DNA of 16,521 nucleotides, taken from positions 1 through 16,521 of IMG/VR virus record IMGVR_UViG_3300045988_067525. One strand, 5' to 3'. Below, piece by piece: positions 13,457 to 16,521 of the stretch; position 1 is the stretch's first letter, and every line of letters begins with the position of its first letter. The translations under genes and the position numbers were made by a program. Under the pieces are notes generated by a model. That model saw only the letters and a program-made list of their open reading frames with translations. It was not told where the DNA came from and did not search any database. The stretch is from a virus.

Positions 13457-14455
13457 ATGAACGGAAAGATCACACACTACTACGATTTCAGTCGTATTCG
13501 TTCATACGGTGCGCGTTATCTCATGATCGTAGGCAGTCGTGGTACCGGTAAGACTTACGGTGCGAAGAAGATTGCTATCAGCAACGCGATCAAGAAAGGT
13601 GAGCAGTTCATCTACCTCCGCCGTCACCGCGTGGAGCAGAAAGGGCGATTCACGTTCTTCGACGACATTGCGCACGAGTTCCCGGGCTATGAGTTCGCCG
13701 TTCACGGGAACGATGCTGTCATGCGAATGGAGGGCGACAAGAAATGGGACACCATCGGGTACTTCTCCGTCCTCAGTACATCTCAGGCCCAGAAATCGAC
13801 GGCTTACCCGCTGGTCACCACCGTCATTTTTGATGAGTTTATCATCGAAAATCCTCAGATTAGGTACCTAGATGATGAGGTACGTGTCTTCAATAACTTC
13901 TACCTGACTGTTGACCGGTATAAGGACAAGACAACGGTTTTTATGCTCTCCAACTCTGCGAGCATTATGAACCCGTACATGCTCAAATGGGACCTGAGAC
14001 CGAACTCTGAGTTCGTCAAGGCGGGTGACGGATTTATCGTCTGCCATTTCGCGGATGACACACAGTTCAAGAATGACGTTGCTAACACTCGCTTCGGTAA
14101 GTTCGTGATGAGCACCGATGAGTCTTATGCCGAGTATGCTATCAGCAACAAGTTCAAGGACAACACTGACGACTTCATCGGCAAGAAAAGCGGTAAGGCT
14201 GAATACTATTGCACCATACGCACGCGCAATGGTTGCTTCTCTGTCTGGACCGACCTGCCTATGTTTACTATTCAGGAGTACAGGCCCAAGAATGAGGTTA
14301 TGTACTGCATTGACCACAAGGCGATGAAAGAGGGTGACATCTATGTGAAAAGCAATGATCGAATTCTCCAAATGTTGAGGAACAGGTGGAGAAGGGGGCT
14401 TATCCTGTTTGACTCCCCAAAGTCCCGAAATACATTCACGGAAATATTCAAATGA
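13457..14455 (+). CDS. DNA encapsidation (packaging) ATPase, phi29 gp16 homolog, 332 aa
   Basis: Matches to recalled gp16:
- Walker A GSRGTGKTY (13532-13555) against GARGIGKSY
- GEQFIYLRRH against GEQFIYVRRY
- Walker B TTVIFDEFI against STIVFDEFI
- LSNSASIMNPYM against LSNAVSVVNPYF
The length is identical (332 aa). Confidence 0.93.
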   Translation: MNGKITHYYDFSRIRSYGARYLMIVGSRGTGKTYGAKKIAISNAIKKGEQFIYLRRHRVEQKGRFTFFDDIAHEFPGYEFAVHGNDAVMRMEGDKKWDTIGYFSVLSTSQAQKSTAYPLVTTVIFDEFIIENPQIRYLDDEVRVFNNFYLTVDRYKDKTTVFMLSNSASIMNPYMLKWDLRPNSEFVKAGDGFIVCHFADDTQFKNDVANTRFGKFVMSTDESYAEYAISNKFKDNTDDFIGKKSGKAEYYCTIRTRNGCFSVWTDLPMFTIQEYRPKNEVMYCIDHKAMKEGDIYVKSNDRILQMLRNRWRRGLILFDSPKSRNTFTEIFK

Positions 14456-14754
14456 CGTCCCATATTGATATCGGAATAATTGTCGGTCTCATCACCATAG
14501 CGGCAACCATCATCGCCGTGGGCAGATGGTCCTACCGACAGTTCAAGTCGCTAGAGTGTCTGCTCGAGGACTGGCACGGAGAGCCTGCCCGTCCCGGTGT
14601 CCCCGGAAGATTGGGGGTAATGGAAAGGTTAGACAGTATTGAGAAGAAGGTTAATTCTGCTGCTTTTAATTCTCAGCCTAATCACGGCACAAGTGCTTTT
14701 GATGAGCATACCCGCCTACTGAACCAAATTCTGGAAAGGATCAACAATGAATAA
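14452..14754 (+). CDS. Membrane-anchored protein (single N-terminal TM), lysis-cassette associated (possible holin/antiholin), 100 aa
   Basis: An ATGA junction couples it to the ATPase stop. The N-terminal hydrophobic helix is IGIIVGLITIAATIIAV. The C-terminal part is polar. It sits directly upstream of the holin and endolysin. Confidence 0.6.
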   Translation: MTSHIDIGIIVGLITIAATIIAVGRWSYRQFKSLECLLEDWHGEPARPGVPGRLGVMERLDSIEKKVNSAAFNSQPNHGTSAFDEHTRLLNQILERINNE

Positions 14755-14950
14755 GATCATCGAGACCGTCACGTCCCCCACTGCCCGCATGTGGTGCTAC
14801 AACCTCATGATCGCTGTCATGGCCTACCTCACCGTCAAGGGCTACCTCAAGGGCGATGAAACCGCCGCTCTCACCGCAATCGGCGCCGCGTTCTTCGCCG
14901 TCGCATCCGTCAACACTGACCGTACTCCTGGAAAGCACGAGGCACTCTAA
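14747..14950 (+). CDS. Putative holin (two TM segments), 67 aa
   Basis: SD GGAAAGGA lies at 14733-14740 and the junction is ATGAATAA. The two hydrophobic segments are MWCYNLMIAVMAYLTV and AALTAIGAAFFAVASV, followed by a charged C-terminus. A TAATG junction couples it to the endolysin. Confidence 0.65.
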   Translation: MNKIIETVTSPTARMWCYNLMIAVMAYLTVKGYLKGDETAALTAIGAAFFAVASVNTDRTPGKHEAL

Positions 14951-15765
14951 TGGCTACCGCACAGCAGTTCATTGACGCTTGCGCAGAGGAGATCGGGTAC
15001 AGCCGATGGAACGATGAGGCGGCGGGCACCAAGTACGGGCGCGACTACGCCGCGCGCCACGGCGCCGTATTCGGACAGAGCGGTGTCCCGTTCTGCGATA
15101 TGGGGATGACCTACTGCCTACGCAAGGTCGGTGTCACCGACTTTGACTCCGCCTACGTCCCAGCCCGCGTAAACACGGCACGAGCGCGTGGCTGGCTCGT
15201 GGAGCCCGGCGCCGCGCGCCCCGGTGACATGGTCACCTTCGACTGGCACGACGACGGCGAGGATGACCATATCGGCGTCGTGGAGAGTATTAGCACTGAC
15301 GGTGTGAACACCATCGAGTTCAACACGTCGGAGTTCTCCTGGGACGACGGGGGACTGGTCATGCGTCAGCACCGGCCATGGGCCCATATCAGCCACGCAA
15401 TCCGCTACCCCTGGTCTGACACAGGCGTGGGGTCCATCCACCCGCCCACGAGGCGCCTGGAGGACCTACAACGTGCCGTAGGCGCCTACCCCGACGGTGT
15501 GATCGGCCCTGACACCAGGCAGCGCATCCTGGCCGTCGTGAGCGCGTCCTCATGGGGCGGGCAGTCCTTCCCCTTCGGTGTGGCATACGCTCAGGGCGTC
15601 GTGGGGACCGCGCAGGACGGCGTTTGGGGTGAGGCCAGCATGGCGGCCCATGACAGGACCGTGGAGACCATGCAGCGCGCCCTAGGCGTCGAGGACGACG
15701 GTGTGTGGGGCCCTGATACTCAGGCCGCCTGGCAGGCCCTCGCTGACGTCAGCGAGCAGGTCTGA
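14950..15765 (+). CDS. Endolysin: N-terminal CHAP-type cysteine peptidase/amidase plus C-terminal PG_binding_1-like repeats, 271 aa
   Basis: CHAP-like signature: VPFCDMGMTYC (Cys codon 15094-15096), GDMVTFDW, DHIGVVESI and NTIEFNTS. The C-terminal repeats are LQRAVGAYPDGVIGPDTRQRI and MQRALGVEDDGVWGPDTQAAWQAL, which fit the DG..GP.T pattern of peptidoglycan-binding domains. Confidence 0.8.
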   Translation: MATAQQFIDACAEEIGYSRWNDEAAGTKYGRDYAARHGAVFGQSGVPFCDMGMTYCLRKVGVTDFDSAYVPARVNTARARGWLVEPGAARPGDMVTFDWHDDGEDDHIGVVESISTDGVNTIEFNTSEFSWDDGGLVMRQHRPWAHISHAIRYPWSDTGVGSIHPPTRRLEDLQRAVGAYPDGVIGPDTRQRILAVVSASSWGGQSFPFGVAYAQGVVGTAQDGVWGEASMAAHDRTVETMQRALGVEDDGVWGPDTQAAWQALADVSEQV

Positions 15766-15776
15766 GCACGCACCAG

Positions 15777-15811
15777 AAGGTCCCGGTCACCGTCATGGTG
15801 ACCGGGACCTT
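15777..15811. terminator. GC-rich hairpin between convergent late (+) and right-early (-) transcription units; probable bidirectional terminator
   Basis: aaggtcccggtcacc (15777-15791) pairs with ggtgaccgggacctt (15797-15811), giving a 15-bp stem with loop gtcat. The U-tracts are poor on both strands. Confidence 0.55.
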
Positions 15812-15837
15812 GCCGTAGGAGAGGAGGACCTACGAGG

Positions 15838-15963
15838 TCAGTATTGCACTGGAATGTAGGTGGTGGCAACTCCGAGCGCGAAGAACGTAAACCCAATTGT
15901 CATTACGATAATCATCGCCACACAAAACAGAATTGCCAGCATCATCATATCAGGACGTTTCAT
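15838..15963 (-). CDS. Small single-pass membrane peptide, 41 aa (not in ORF track)
   Basis: The - strand reads ATG (15963-15961) through TGA (15840-15838). The translation is MKRPDMMMLAILFCVAMIIVMTIGFTFFALGVATTYIPVQY. The start overlaps the upstream stop as TGATG. GGAG lies about 10 nt upstream. The region would otherwise be 125 nt of non-coding sequence. Confidence 0.55.
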   Translation of the reverse strand: MKRPDMMMLAILFCVAMIIVMTIGFTFFALGVATTYIPVQY

Positions 15964-16313
15964 CACTCTGCTCCATTCTTGGTAGCAATGTACGTCAGAA
16001 CTCCAAACATTTGCAGTTCATTCAAACAAGCAACGTCACCCCTACTAGCCGACTTACCATACCGTCCCAACAAATCATAGAACCGTTTGGATGAACTGGC
16101 CACATACCATTCATTGCTATTGCGGAGAATGTCAACCTTATAACCATTCGCCTTAACCGCGCAACGCGACGGATCAATAAAATAGACAATGCCAGAACAG
16201 GACGCAATCACCTCAAGCATATTAGGCGAAAGACACAACCAATTACTCTTTATTGAAGACGGACCATATTTGTAATTAAGACGCGCCTTAGCAGACTCTA
16301 CCTTATCCATCAT
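15963..16313 (-). CDS. Right-end early protein, 116 aa, unknown function
   Basis: The track ORF 15963..16445(-) is trimmed to the ATG at 16313 (MMDKVESAKARL...). This is the mirror of ATG 209 and uses the same ITR-encoded SD. Confidence 0.7.
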   Translation of the reverse strand: MMDKVESAKARLNYKYGPSSIKSNWLCLSPNMLEVIASCSGIVYFIDPSRCAVKANGYKVDILRNSNEWYVASSSKRFYDLLGRYGKSASRGDVACLNELQMFGVLTYIATKNGAE

Positions 16314-16521
16314 TCCTCCTCCCACCCCGAGGGCACTTCCCTCACCGGCGATGACACAAATATACGAATACAGAAAACACGTGTCAAGCACAAAGCATGT
16401 GATGCCGATCATAGACCGAACGGGCGATAGCAGACGGCAGAGCACGTGTCAAGATGAGACGGAAAAGTGTGAGCGATTGCATTATGGGGTACCCCCGGGG
16501 GGTATATTATTTTTTGACAAA
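16304..16521. repeat. Right inverted terminal repeat (ITR-R), 218 bp
   Basis: Exact reverse complement of 1-218 and reaches the last base of the window. Confidence 0.97.
16359..16387 (-). promoter_or_regulatory. Early promoter inside ITR-R (mirror of 135-163)
   Basis: On the + strand, tgtcaa lies at 16382-16387 and aatata at 16359-16364. On the - strand these read as TTGACA-17-TATATT. It drives the right early operon inward. Confidence 0.6.

Noticed and set aside
13868-14371. 167-aa ORF on the - strand inside the packaging ATPase gene
   Set aside because: It is an antisense shadow of a gene with unambiguous gp16 homology.
15844-16080. The + strand 78-aa His/Asn-rich ORF at the right arm
   Set aside because: It is antisense to the two - strand early genes. 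It starts just after the convergent hairpin with no promoter or SD, and its composition is low-complexity.
1-16521. Search for tRNA genes, CRISPR arrays, integrase or repressor genes, transposase or IS elements, and tandem repeats
   Set aside because: I could see none by eye. Apart from the ITRs and short hairpins, no repeat structure stood out. A tRNAscan or repeat-finder run would be needed for a formal negative.

Overview
This 16,521-bp window reads as a complete linear genome of a small, protein-primed podophage of the phi29 / Cp-1 / Av-1 type. Its two ends are perfect 218-bp inverted terminal repeats (ITRs) that run to the first and last base.

Layout:
- (i) A left early/replication operon on the + strand: about five small unknown ORFs, an SSB-like protein, a terminal protein (TP), a family-B protein-primed DNA polymerase, and a 55-aa ribbon-helix-helix ORF that is missing from the ORF track.
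- (ii) A strong intrinsic terminator at 4828-4864.
- (iii) A + strand late operon: scaffold, gp8-like capsid protein with an Ig-like C-terminus, gp9-like tail knob, gp10-like portal, gp11-like lower collar, an appendage carrying an SGNH esterase domain, a gp13-like tail lysin (lysozyme plus NlpC/P60), a gp16-like packaging ATPase, a membrane protein, a holin, and a CHAP plus PG_binding endolysin.
- (iv) A short inward-facing right early operon on the - strand: a 116-aa ORF coupled to a 41-aa membrane peptide that is also missing from the track.

No integrase, repressor, tRNA or CRISPR is visible, so the phage is probably virulent. GGAGG-type Shine-Dalgarno (SD) sites and a visibly GC-rich lysis cassette suggest a high-GC Gram-positive (actinobacterial) host; this is inference only.

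Most notable points:
- Each ITR carries a full promoter, SD and the first three codons for the inward-facing terminal gene.
- A 15-bp hairpin after the SSB gene buries the SD of the TP gene.
- The early/late junction has an RHH gene and a terminator but no canonical late promoter.
- The appendage and tail lysin show enzymatic domain swaps relative to phi29.
- There is no obvious room for a pRNA gene.

All homology statements come from by-eye comparison with phi29 protein sequences recalled from memory. No database search was run.
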